Shown here: positions 1 through 10,343 of the stretch, piece after piece
Layout of the letters: each line of letters starts with the position of its first letter
Position numbering within the stretch: the first letter of the stretch is position 1
Origin: Eledone cirrhosa
Lineage: Eukaryota
DNA length: 64,000 bases
Reading direction: 5' to 3'
Assembly: GCA_964016885.1 (NCBI GenBank)
Contig: OZ024743.1
Coordinates: 246,698,001 to 246,762,000 of the forward strand
Made by a program: the position numbers and the translations under genes
Notes under the pieces: generated by a model
Database searches by the model: none
Told to the model about the DNA's origin: nothing
Seen by the model: only the letters and a program-made list of their open reading frames with translations

Positions 1-1144
1 GTAGAAAGGAAAATAGGGCACAGGTGCCCTCAGGGAAATGGTCATGCTCAGTGTGTAGGAAAGGAGTAGGCAGAAATTCAATTTTATGTCCCAAATGCAA
101 AGTATGGGTACATAAAAGATGTAGTGGGATCACAGGTAAACTATGTAAGAACGTAGACTTTATATGTGGCCAATGCTCAGGTGCAATAAGTAGCAAGTGT
201 CCACAGGATACTAGCTCCTATTACCCAGATGGTTCTATAGAAATAGTAGACACTTTCCGTTACCTGGGTGACGAAATCAGCAGTGGTGGAGGGTGTTCTG
301 AAAGTACAGTAGCCAGAGTCAGAACGGGATGGAAAAAGTTCAGAGAGCTTATACCGCTGTTGGCCACAAAAGGTTTCTCTCTAAAAATGAAAGGCAGATT
401 GTATGATGCCTGTATACGAACAGCAATGCTACATGGCAGTGAGACATGGGCATTACGTACAGAGGAGCTGCGTAGACTGGAAAGGAACGAAGCATGCATG
501 CTCTGTTGGATGTGTAATAGTAATATACGTGAACGGCAAAGCATAAATTAACTAAATGAGAAATTAGGAATAAGAGGGAACAGATGCTGTTTACTTGAGA
601 GAAGACTATGTTGGTATGGTCACGTGATGCGCATGAAAGACGACAGCTGCATAAAAAAGTGCAGGGCGATCAAAATTGATGGTAGTTACGAAGTAGGCAG
701 ACCCAGAAAAACCTGGGACGATTTGATAAATTCCGACCTTACACACTTACATCTCTCTAAGACAATGTCTCTGGACCGAGATCTTTGGCGCTACGCAGTA
801 ATACAGAAGACCCGCCTTACCTATGTACAAAGCGAAACCTAGTCAGTAGGCACCTCTAACAAAAATACACCCCATCCACTACCCCTACCCTCTCCTCCCA
901 CTCCCACCAACAGCACGAGAAAATGAGATCGAGATCGTGTAGGTCTCACGGTAAAATGTTCACAGTTCCACACTGTAAATGTGGTTGGTCTTAGGAAGGG
1001 CATCCAGCCATAGAAAACCTGCCAGATAATCCTACATGAGCGAGACACGGTCACCCAACCAGCCTTGCTTCAAGTAGGACAACTCCCGTCTAACCCATGC
1101 TAGCGTGGAAAATACACGTTAAACGAAGATGATGATGATGATGA

Positions 1145-1148
<4 letters not shown>
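1..1148 (+). mobile_element. RTE-clade LINE, 3' portion (PHD-like finger, post-RT domain, 3' UTR, (GAT)n tail); defective
   Basis: ORFs 24-551 and 624-842 match the C-terminal part of ORF 3389-5506 (FRYLG, MLHGSETW, GRPRKTW). There is a premature TAA at 549-551. The element ends in AAACGAAGAT(GAT)n followed by (TA)n. Confidence 0.9.

Positions 1149-1217
<69 letters not shown>
1148..1217. repeat. (TA)n microsatellite
   Basis: Pure TA run directly after the LINE tail. Confidence 0.95.
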
Positions 1218-1224
<7 letters not shown>

Positions 1225-1953
1225 CCAGGCACTCACACACACACGTACACACACATCTGAAAATAAACTGTACAAAATATTTGGAAAGTGCATACAAACA
1301 TGCATATGATGCTGTACATCGAGTAGTGCACAAAGAAATATTACGTGAAGAAATACGTAAAAAATACAAAAAACGTACATCTGTGGAATACATCAAAGAT
1401 GCACACAGCATCTCACATAGCGGTATATACGCATATGCAGACACACTTTGATGCACATGTTGACTGAGTTGGCATTATGGTGCTAACGTGAAATAATCCA
1501 CATAATCCTTATAAACAAAATTACATATGGGAAGCTCATAGGAACAATGCAATGGGTGTACTTAAAAGATATATAAAAAGTATATAAAAAATACACATAA
1601 GGTTGTACATGAAAAAATACATAAAGTGTTCCATAATGGAATATGTAGAGAAAATACACACACTACATAAAAGAATGTATATGCAGGGAGTACGGAAGAA
1701 CAGTTTGTAACGGAGTATGTTACTGTGACTGAAATAGAGCAATGTGTGATACGGGATTGAGTATACCCATGGACATTGAACCACTGTGTCCTGGCTACTG
1801 AGACAGCGGTGTTTAAGATAAGGTACAGAGTCAAATGTGCAGCATTAAGTGTGTCGACCTGCCCTACAGGGCATACATAGTCATCAAGGTACGTTGTCAG
1901 GTCCAATGGACCTGCGCCGCCAACCCGACTGACGTCCGCTTCTCCATATGGCT

Positions 1954-2112
1954 CTAGTTGGGGCCAACCGGAGGTACCCATGTGGAGAGTGTGCACCTTC
2001 GCTGGTGTCTACATGTCATGATGATCACCGATTTCAGGTTGACTGCGTCATCCTTTAATCTCACTATCTCCATGGCCTCGGACAGGCACAGCCTGCACTT
2101 CCTTCATTTTCC
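1954..2112 (-). pseudogene. Penelope-like element, C-terminal remnant of the GIY-YIG endonuclease region
   Basis: Manual minus-strand translation gives RKCRLCLSEAMEIVRLKDDAVNLKSVIIMTCRHQRR. This resembles the CxLCLxE...LNxxSE...CRH ending of PLE ORFs. It is cut at the 5' side by the (TA)n/Helitron. Confidence 0.6.
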
Positions 2113-2132
2113 ATATTATATATATATATATA

Positions 2133-2903
2133 TCTACTATATAAATTGGAAGTGGTCGGACGTTGTATATTTAAGTAAGTAAGTAGCTGTAGTCGGATAA
2201 ACGTTGAAACGGCTTGGTGGAATGCAGTTACACAGTTATGCAGAATGACCCAAGGAGGCGTTGGGTCGACTTTCAAGCTACAAGCTTCCATGGTTATGGA
2301 GAAAATCGATGAAACAGGAATTTCCCATTCAAATTGAACTGAGAGTAATCTGTGAACGCAGAAGTAAATATTTCGAGAAACGTTTTGGTTCGTGAAGACG
2401 TTCCCTGGCAATGAACGGAAAAAAAGCGAGGATAATATGTCGTTATGTGGACCGAGAAGAACAATTTCATGCAAAGACAAGACCAAGTTTATGGTATAAA
2501 TGGAGTCGTTAGACTAATATTCTATTTAAAATAACAGAATGATTTCCAGCCCCGGAGTTTAAGAATGATGTAAATAAAATGGAAAACGAAAATGACAGAG
2601 GTTATTAAAATAGTAAAAGTAAATAGTGAAGATTTAGGCCAGTACATACGTATGCCCCGACGGACATACACATACATACGCACACACACACGAGCGTGTA
2701 TGTATAAACCTTATGCATTTCTACAGTATTTTCACCAAACTTAACACATATTGAATAGGGGACCCCTGGGGGCAGGAACCCCCTTTTGGAAAAAGCCAAT
2801 GATTTTGTAAAAGTATAGTTTTCGAAGCAGCACTGAAGTATTGACATAAATGTTATACACAACTGCTATTTAATACCCGAGCAACGCCGGGTACCTCTGC
2901 TAG
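2133..2903 (+). mobile_element. Non-autonomous Helitron
   Basis: 5' end TCTACTATATAA. 3' subterminal hairpin TACCCG(agcaacgc)CGGGTA at 2874-2893 and terminal CTAG at 2900-2903. Inserted between A and T within a TA run, with no TSD. Confidence 0.85.
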
Positions 2904-2932
2904 TATATATATATATATATATATAGTATATA

Positions 2933-3232
2933 CATCATCATCATCTTCGTTTAACGTCCATCTTCCACGCTAGCATGGGTTAGACGGGAGTTGTCCCACT
3001 TGAGGCAAGGTTGGTCAGGTGACCGTGTCTCACTCATATAGGACTATCTGGCAGGTTTTCTACGGCTGGATGCCCTTCCTAACACCAACCACATTTACAG
3101 TGTGGAACTGGGAACTTTTTACCGTGTTACCTACACGGCCACATTACAGCGTGGACTGTGTGTTTTTTTTCTCGTGACATCTACACGATCTCATTATCTC
3201 ATTTATTTGGACTGGATGTTGTGGTACCAACT
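2933..3232 (-). mobile_element. RTE 3' UTR fragment / RTE-tailed SINE-like copy
   Basis: (CAT)n followed by TTTAACGTCCATCTTCCACGCTAGCATGGGTT, the reverse complement of the LINE 3' end at ~920-1148. Confidence 0.85.
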
Positions 3233-3234
3233 TT

Positions 3235-3270
<36 letters not shown>

Positions 3271-3307
3271 ATATATATAATATATATAATATATATCTAT
3301 AATATAT

Positions 3308-3352
<45 letters not shown>

Positions 3353-3377
3353 TATATATAATATATAATATATATAT

Positions 3378-5895
3378 CAAACCTGCTGTTGGCGACAGAC
3401 GAGGTCTGTGGCTGGAGCAGGCCTGTAGGCAGGAGGAGAGTAACATGGTGGTGGAACAGTAAGGTGGAGGGGTCAATTAAGGCCAAAAAGCAGGCTTGGA
3501 AAGTATGGCGGGATGGGGGAAGTAGAGAGGACTATCAAGTGGCCAGGAGGGAAGCTAGGAGACAAGTGTACTTAGCAAGAAGGGAAGCTGAGGAAAGAAA
3601 GTTCAAGCATGTTCTACAACGCGATGACCAAAAACGTGAGGTGTTCAGGATTGCTAGGCAATGCGTCAAGGAAAACCGTGATATTGTCGGGGAGAAGTGT
3701 GTACTAAACGACGATGGCACACTTGCCATCACCGACGCTGATAAGAAGGTAGCTTGGAAGTGTCACTATGAAAGGCTTCTAAATGAGGAGAATAATTGGG
3801 AGAAAGGCAGTCTCCCCCATATCGACCCAATAGAGGGACCAGCAGTGTTAGTCGAGGGGAGTATAATAAGTAAGGCAATCAAGGATATGAAGACTGGTAA
3901 GGCGGCTGGGCCTTCGGAAATAGTTGCTGAGATGCTGAAGGCATCTGGCACGGTGGGACACACCATGGTCACCCGCATAGTTAACCAAGTCGTACAAAAC
4001 GGGGTTGTTCCGAAGGACTGGCATAGCAGCATCATCGTTAACTGTTATAAGGGTAAAGGAGACGCCCTAGATAGGAGTAACTATAGAGGCATTAAATTAA
4101 TCGACCAGGTCATGAAGGTCACGGAAAGAGTAATAGCGCAGCTAATCAGAGAGAGAATTGACCTAGATGAAATGCAGTTCGGGTTTGTGTCAGGCAAAAG
4201 TACCACAGACGCTCTTTTCATAGTACGACAACTACAAGAGAAGTACCTAGCTAAAGGTAAACCCCTCTACTTAGCTTTTGTCGACTTGGAGAAAGCCTTC
4301 GACAGAGTCCCCCGCTCCATTATCTGGTGGGCTCTTAGAAAACTAGGCGTTGACGAATGGCTTGTGAGGGCTATACAAGCCATGTATAAAGAAACAGTCA
4401 GCAAGGTTAGAATTAACAACGAATATAGTGAAGAGTTTAGCGTAAAAGTCGGCGTCCATCAGGGCTCTGTTCTCAGTCCACTACTATTTATTATTGCCCT
4501 TCAGGCCATAACAGAGGAGTTCAAGACAGGCTGCCCATGGGAACTCCTATACGCAGACGACCTGACACTCATAGCGGAATCAATGGCCGAGCTAGAGAAG
4601 AAATTCCAAACATGGAAGCACGGCCTAGAGTCAAAAGGACTTAAAATTAACCTGGCTAAGACCAAAGTACTAGTTTGTAGGAAAGAAAACAAGGCGGCGG
4701 TCCCTTCTGGGAAATGGTCGTGCTCGGTGTGTAGGAAAGGCGTAGGTAGAAACTCCATTTTATGTCCTAAATGCAAAGTATGGGTGCATAAAAGATGTAG
4801 TGGGATCACAGGTAGGCTAACTAAGAACATAGATTTTACATGTGGCCGGTGCTCTGGTGCAATAAGTAGCAGCAAGTGCCCACAAACTACTAGCTCTTTC
4901 AATTGCGCAGAGGGTTCTATAGAAATAGTGGACAGCTTCCGTTACCTGGGCGATAAAATCAGCAGTGGGGGAGGGTGCTCTGAAAGTACTGTAGCTAGAG
5001 TCAGAACTGGTTGGAAAAAGTTCAGAGAGCTTATACCACTATTAGCTGCTAAAGGGTTCTCACTAAAAATGAAAGGCAGGTTGTACGATGCCTGCATACG
5101 AACAGCAATGCTGCATGGCAGTGAGACCTGGGCATTGTGTGCAGAGGATATACGCAGACTAGAGAGGAACGAAGCTTGCATGCTCCGCTGGATGTGTAAC
5201 AGTAATATACGTGAACGGCAAAGCATAAACGAACTAAGGAATAAATTAGAGATAAGAGGGATCAGATGTTGTTTACTCGAGAGAAGGCTACGTTGGTATG
5301 GACACGTGATGCGCATGAAAGTCGATAGCTGTATAACAAAGTGCAGGGCAATAAAGATAGACGGTAGTCACGGAATAGGCAGACCTAGAAAAACCTGGGA
5401 CGAGCTGATAAACTCCGACATCACACACTTACACCTCTCCAAGACAATGTCACTGGACCGAGACCTTTGGCGGTACTCAGTAACAGAGAAGACCCGCCTT
5501 ACCTAAATATATAGTAAAACCTACTCCAGCCAGTAGGCATCTCTAACAAATACACCCCGTCCCACCACCCCCACCCGATCCACACCACCCCGTTCTATGT
5601 AAAGTTATGTTGGTGCCGCGCCATCGAGGCCGAAACAAATGAGATCGTGTAGGTGTCACGACAAAAAAACACACAGTCCACGCTGTAATGTGGCCGTGTA
5701 GGCAACACGGTAAAAACCTCCCAGACCCACACTGTAAATGTGGTTGGTGTTAGGAAGGGCATCCAACTGTAGAAAACCTGCCAGACAGTCCTATGCGAGC
5801 AAGACAATCACTCTTGCCTCAAGTGGGACTACCCCCGTCCAAACCCATGCAAGCGTGGAACACGGACGTTAAACGCTGATGATGATGATGATGAT
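3378..5895 (+). mobile_element. RTE-clade LINE, 5'-truncated copy
   Basis: Starts abruptly after a TA-rich run, contains the uninterrupted RT ORF and 3' UTR, and ends in (GAT)n. Confidence 0.93.
3389..5506 (+). CDS. RTE-type reverse transcriptase (no endonuclease part) with an inserted PHD-like C4HC3 finger
   Basis: Motifs NYRGIKL, QFGF, FVDLEKAFD, GVHQGSVLSPLLF, LLYADD (YADD at 4550-4561), KTKVL, FRYLG, RLRWYGHV, GRPRKTW. The start is a truncation point (TTG), not a true initiation codon. Confidence 0.9.
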   Translation: MATDEVCGWSRPVGRRRVTWWWNSKVEGSIKAKKQAWKVWRDGGSREDYQVARREARRQVYLARREAEERKFKHVLQRDDQKREVFRIARQCVKENRDIVGEKCVLNDDGTLAITDADKKVAWKCHYERLLNEENNWEKGSLPHIDPIEGPAVLVEGSIISKAIKDMKTGKAAGPSEIVAEMLKASGTVGHTMVTRIVNQVVQNGVVPKDWHSSIIVNCYKGKGDALDRSNYRGIKLIDQVMKVTERVIAQLIRERIDLDEMQFGFVSGKSTTDALFIVRQLQEKYLAKGKPLYLAFVDLEKAFDRVPRSIIWWALRKLGVDEWLVRAIQAMYKETVSKVRINNEYSEEFSVKVGVHQGSVLSPLLFIIALQAITEEFKTGCPWELLYADDLTLIAESMAELEKKFQTWKHGLESKGLKINLAKTKVLVCRKENKAAVPSGKWSCSVCRKGVGRNSILCPKCKVWVHKRCSGITGRLTKNIDFTCGRCSGAISSSKCPQTTSSFNCAEGSIEIVDSFRYLGDKISSGGGCSESTVARVRTGWKKFRELIPLLAAKGFSLKMKGRLYDACIRTAMLHGSETWALCAEDIRRLERNEACMLRWMCNSNIRERQSINELRNKLEIRGIRCCLLERRLRWYGHVMRMKVDSCITKCRAIKIDGSHGIGRPRKTWDELINSDITHLHLSKTMSLDRDLWRYSVTEKTRLT

Positions 5896-5955
5896 ATATA
5901 TAATCATCATCATCACTGTTTTACGTCCGTTCTTCCACGCTAGCATGGGTTAGAC

Positions 5956-6008
<53 letters not shown>

Positions 6009-6067
6009 GAGAGAGAGAGAGAAATATTAAAACAATGAAATTAAACAAAAAACGGTTAATTCATAGT

Positions 6068-6216
6068 AAAACTCATTATTTTACAATCGTTTCTGGGGGG
6101 TAGTTCCCCCTATGTCCATTCTATTATTGATCTATGTAAAATATATTACAAAATATCATAGTAAAAAAATATACATACGTCTTCACTACCCGCCGTCTTC
6201 AGAAATAATGAGTTTT
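6068..6216 (-). ncRNA. Type I minimal hammerhead ribozyme motif with expanded stem II
   Basis: On the minus strand: 14-bp stem I AAAACUCAUUAUUU/AAAUAAUGAGUUUU, core CUGAAGA (6202-6196), stem II GGCGGGUAGU/ACUACCCCCC around ~80 nt, GAAA (6093-6090), minimal stem III C-GAUU-G, and cleavage triplet GUA. Confidence 0.75.
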
Positions 6217-6297
6217 GTTTATTGAAGAATACATATGAATAAGTAACGTTTTATAACCAGGTTGAGGTTGACCAATAGTAAGAAAAGGAAGGGGCAG

Positions 6298-6352
6298 TAT
6301 AGATCCTTAAGTTGGTAGTAGTAGTCTACTACTACCAACTTAAGGATCTATA
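6298..6352. repeat. Perfect palindrome, 27-bp arms with a 1-nt spacer
   Basis: TATAGATCCTTAAGTTGGTAGTAGTAG-T-CTACTACTACCAACTTAAGGATCTATA. Confidence 0.95.
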
Positions 6353-6377
6353 TATATCATCATCATCACCATTATAT

Positions 6378-9300
6378 CATCATCATCATCATCAACGTTT
6401 AATGTCCGTGTTCCACGCTTGCATGGGTTTGGACGGGGGTTTTCCCACTTGAGGCAAGAGTGATTGTCTTGCTCGCATAGGACTGTCTGGCAGGTTTTCT
6501 ACAGTTGGATGCCCTTCCTAACACCAACCACATTTACAGTGTGGGTCTGGGAGGTTTTTACCGTGTTGCCTACACGGCCACATTACAGCGTGGACTGTGT
6601 GTTTTTTTGTCGTGACACCTACAAGATCCCATTTGTTTCGGCCTGGATGGTGTGGCACCAACATAACTTTACATAGAAGGGGGTGGTGTGGATGGGGTGG
6701 GGGTGGTGGGATGGGGGTGTATTTTGTTAGAGATGCCTACTGACTGTAGTAGGTTTTACTATGTATTTAGGTAAGGTGGGTCTTCTCTATTACTGAGTAC
6801 CGCCAAAGGTCTCGGTCCAGTGACGTTGTCTTGGAGAGGTGTAAGTGTGTGAGGTCGGAGTTTATCAGCTCGTCCCAGGTTTTTCTAGGTCTGCCTATTC
6901 CGTGGCTACCGTCTATCTTTATTGCCCTGCACTTTGTTATACAGCTATCGACTTTCATGCGTATCACGTGTCCATACCAACGCAGCCTTCTCTCGAGTAA
7001 ACAACATCTGATCCCTCTTATTTCTAATTTTTTCCTTAGTTCGTTTATGCTTTGCCGTTCACGTATATTACTATTACACATCCAGCGGAGCATGCAAGCT
7101 TCGTTCCTCTCTAGTCTGCGTATATCCTCTGCACACAATGCCCAGGTCTCACTGCCATGCAACATTGTTGTTCGTATGCAGGCATCATACAACCTGCCTT
7201 TCATTTTTAGGCTAATAGTGGTATAAGCTCTCTGAATTTTTTCCATCCAGTTCTGACTCTAGCTACTGTACTTTCAGAGTACCCTCCCCCACTGCTGATT
7301 TTGTCACCCAGGTAACGGAAGCTGACCACTATTTCTATAGAGCCCTCTGCGCAGTTGAAAGAGCTAGTATTTTGTGGGCACTTGCTGCTACTTATTGAAC
7401 CAGAGCACCGGCCACATGTGAAATCTATGTTCTTAGTTAGCTTACCTGTGATCCCACTACATCTTTTATGCACCCATACTTTGCATTTCTGACACAAAAT
7501 GGAGTTTCTACCTACGCCTTTCCTACACACTGAGCATGGCCACTTCCCGGAAGGGACCGCCGCCTTATTTTCTTTCCTACAAACTAGAACTTTGGTCTTA
7601 GCCAGGTTAATTTTAAGGCCTTTTGATTCTAGGCCGTGCTTCCATGTTTGGAATCTCTTCTCTAGCTCGGCCATTGATTCAGCTATGAGTGTTAGGTCGT
7701 CTGCGTATAGGAGTTCCCATGGGCAGCCAGTCTTGAACTCCTCTGTTATAGCCTGAAGGGCAATAATAAATTATAGGGGGCTGAGAACAGAGCCCTGATG
7801 GACGCCAACTTTTACGCTAAACTCTTCACTATATTCGTTGTTAATTCTAACCTTGCTGACTGTTTCTTTATACATGGCTTGTATAGCTCTCACAAGCCAT
7901 TCGTCAACACCTAGTTTTCTAAGAGCCCACCAGATAATGGAACGGGGGACTCTGTCGAAGGCTTTCTCCAAGTCGACAAAAGCTAAGTATAGGGGTTTAC
8001 TTTTAGCTAGGTACTTCTCCTGTAGTTGTCGTACAATGAAAAGAGCGTCTGTGGTACTTTTGCCTGACACAAACCCGAACTGCATTTCATCTAGGTCAAT
8101 TCTCTCTCTGATTAGTTGCGCTATTACTTTTTCCGTGACCTTCATGACCTGGTCGATTAATTTAATGCCTCTATAGTTACACCTATCTAGGGCATCTCCT
8201 TTACCCTTGTAACAGTTAATGATGATGCTGCTACGCCAGTCCTTCGGAACAACTCCATTCTGTACGACTTGGTTAACTATCCGGGTGACCATGGTGTGTC
8301 CCACCGTGCCAGATGCCTTCAGCATCTCAGCAACTATTTCCGAAGGCCCAGCTGCCTTACCCGTCTTCATATCCTTGATTGCCTTACTTATTATACTACC
8401 CTCGACTAACACTGCTGGTCCCTCTATTGGGTCGATATGGGGGAGACTGTCTTTCTCCCATTTATTCTCCTCATTTAGTAGCCTTTCATAGTGACACTTC
8501 CAAGCTACCTTCTTATCAACGTCGGTGATGGCAAGTATGCCGTCATCATTAAGTACACACTTTTCCCCGACAATATCACGGTTTACCTTGACACATTGCC
8601 TAGCAATCCTGAACACCTCACGTTTTTGGTCCTCGTGTTGTAGAACATGCTTGAACTTTCTTTCCTCTGCTTCCCTTCTTGCGAAGTACACTTGTCTCCT
8701 AGCTTCCCTCCTGGCCACTTGATAGTCTTCTCTATTTCCCCCATCCCGCCATACTTTCCAAGCCTGCTTTTTGGCCTTAATTGACCCCTCCACCTTACTG
8801 TTCCACCACCATGTTACTCTCCTCCTGCCTACAGGCCTGCTCCAGCCACAGACTTCGTCTGCCGCCATCAGCAGGTTTGCTTTCAGGAATTCCCACTGCT
8901 CCTCTATATTGTACGACTCTAATTGCTCTTCCTTACTGTCGAAAGCATCAAGTAGTATGCTTTTAAATTTATTTCTGGCTGTGGGTCCTTTAGCTTCCAT
9001 ATTTTTCTCCTGAGGATAGTCCTCTTCTGTTGTCTAGTACGTCTCGTCCTGACTATTAGGTCGCTAATTATCAGTCTATGTTGGGAGGTGCATTCTTCAT
9101 GGGGGAGGGATTTAGTGTTTACAACAGACACTCTGTCACGTCTTCTGGTAAGGATATAATCTACCTGGCTTGTGTGTTCCCCGGATCTATAGGTGATCAG
9201 GTGATTGTCACGTTTTTGAAGTTAGTGTTACAGATAGTTAGGTTATTTGCGTCACAGAATTCCAGGATTCTGGAGCCTTCCTCATTTCTAGTACCAAACC

Positions 9301-10267
9301 CATAGCCTCCATGGATTTCGTCGTAGCCGTCACAATGTTGTCCAACGTGACCATTTAGGTCGCCTGCGATAATTATATAGTCACTGTCGGTTATTTGGGG
9401 GGTAGCGAGCATCAGTGTCTCATAGAATCTGTCTTTTATAGTGCCGGGCAGTCCGGATTGGGGTGCGTACGCAGATATTACTGTCACCGTAGTTCTATTG
9501 AGGACAAGTCTTATTTTAATTATTCTGTTGTTCACTCTATTTACGTCTATTATCTTATCTGCCCACTTTTCTGCTACCATGATTCCTACTCCACCCAGCC
9601 CATCGTCATTTCCCACCCAGAAAAGCTTATAGCATCGTTTTTTACCCTCAATGAATCTAGCAGACCCACCTCTCCACCTGGTCTCTTGAATACAACAAAC
9701 CACGACCTCCTTACGTTCGAGCATTTCTACAACCTCGTTAGAGCGACCCTTTAAGGTGCCTACATTCATGGTACCAACTCTGAAGTTTTGGATTGCGTTT
9801 GGAGGGTGGGAGCGGTGGGGAGCGAGGGGAGATGGGGTTATGTTAGCCATCCGCGGCTGAAACAAAGAGGAGTGCTCGCATTCTCGTCCACGAGGTGAAT
9901 TTGTCTTTATCTTTGGCATTGTCGCTGAGCGTCCAGATTTTTCTCTTTTCCACTCTCCAGAATTCCGTAGTCCATCCATCCATCATATATCGAAAGGCAA
10001 CCTGGCAAGCGATAGTATAGGCCTCTGGCTTATGATTGGTCCACGTAATAATAATGGTGGTGTGTGGGGGCGGGAGGGAGGGGTGTTGGGTAGTTAGCGG
10101 GAAGGTAAGGATTGAATGAGGTCCTCGTATTTAACAAGCGATAACAAAAATACAAGATTTGTTTTGTTTAATACGACAAAAACCCTCGTATTTAACAAGC
10201 AATAACAAAAAATACAGATTTGTTTTGGGAAATACGACAAACTACATTAGGATTTGGCATTAGGATT
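6378..10267 (-). mobile_element. Near full-length RTE-clade LINE (APE endonuclease + RT + PHD-like finger), inactivated
   Basis: ORF pieces 9197-9979 (VGTMNVGTL, CIQETRW, ISAYAPQ, AGDLNGHVG = APE), 8919-9131, 7771-9000, 7207-7674 and 6767-7246. Frameshifts near 9200 and 9000, a premature stop at 7771, and a short deletion near 7210. (CAT)n tail at 6378. The 5' boundary is approximate. Confidence 0.93.
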
Positions 10268-10290
10268 TATATATATATATATACACATTA

Positions 10291-10343
<53 letters not shown>

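Noticed and set aside
1690-1745. Hammerhead-like CGGAAGA...GAAAT with a stem II-like hairpin
   Set aside because: The core U4 is mutated and there is no stem I or valid stem III. At best it is a decayed relic.
260-9754. Antisense ORFs overlapping the RTE copies and YI-repeat ORFs
   Set aside because: These are shadow frames of the LINE ORF and translations of (TA)n microsatellites.
9985-10265. HDV-like ribozyme at the RTE 5' end
   Set aside because: Expected for some RTEs, but I could not build the nested double pseudoknot by eye.
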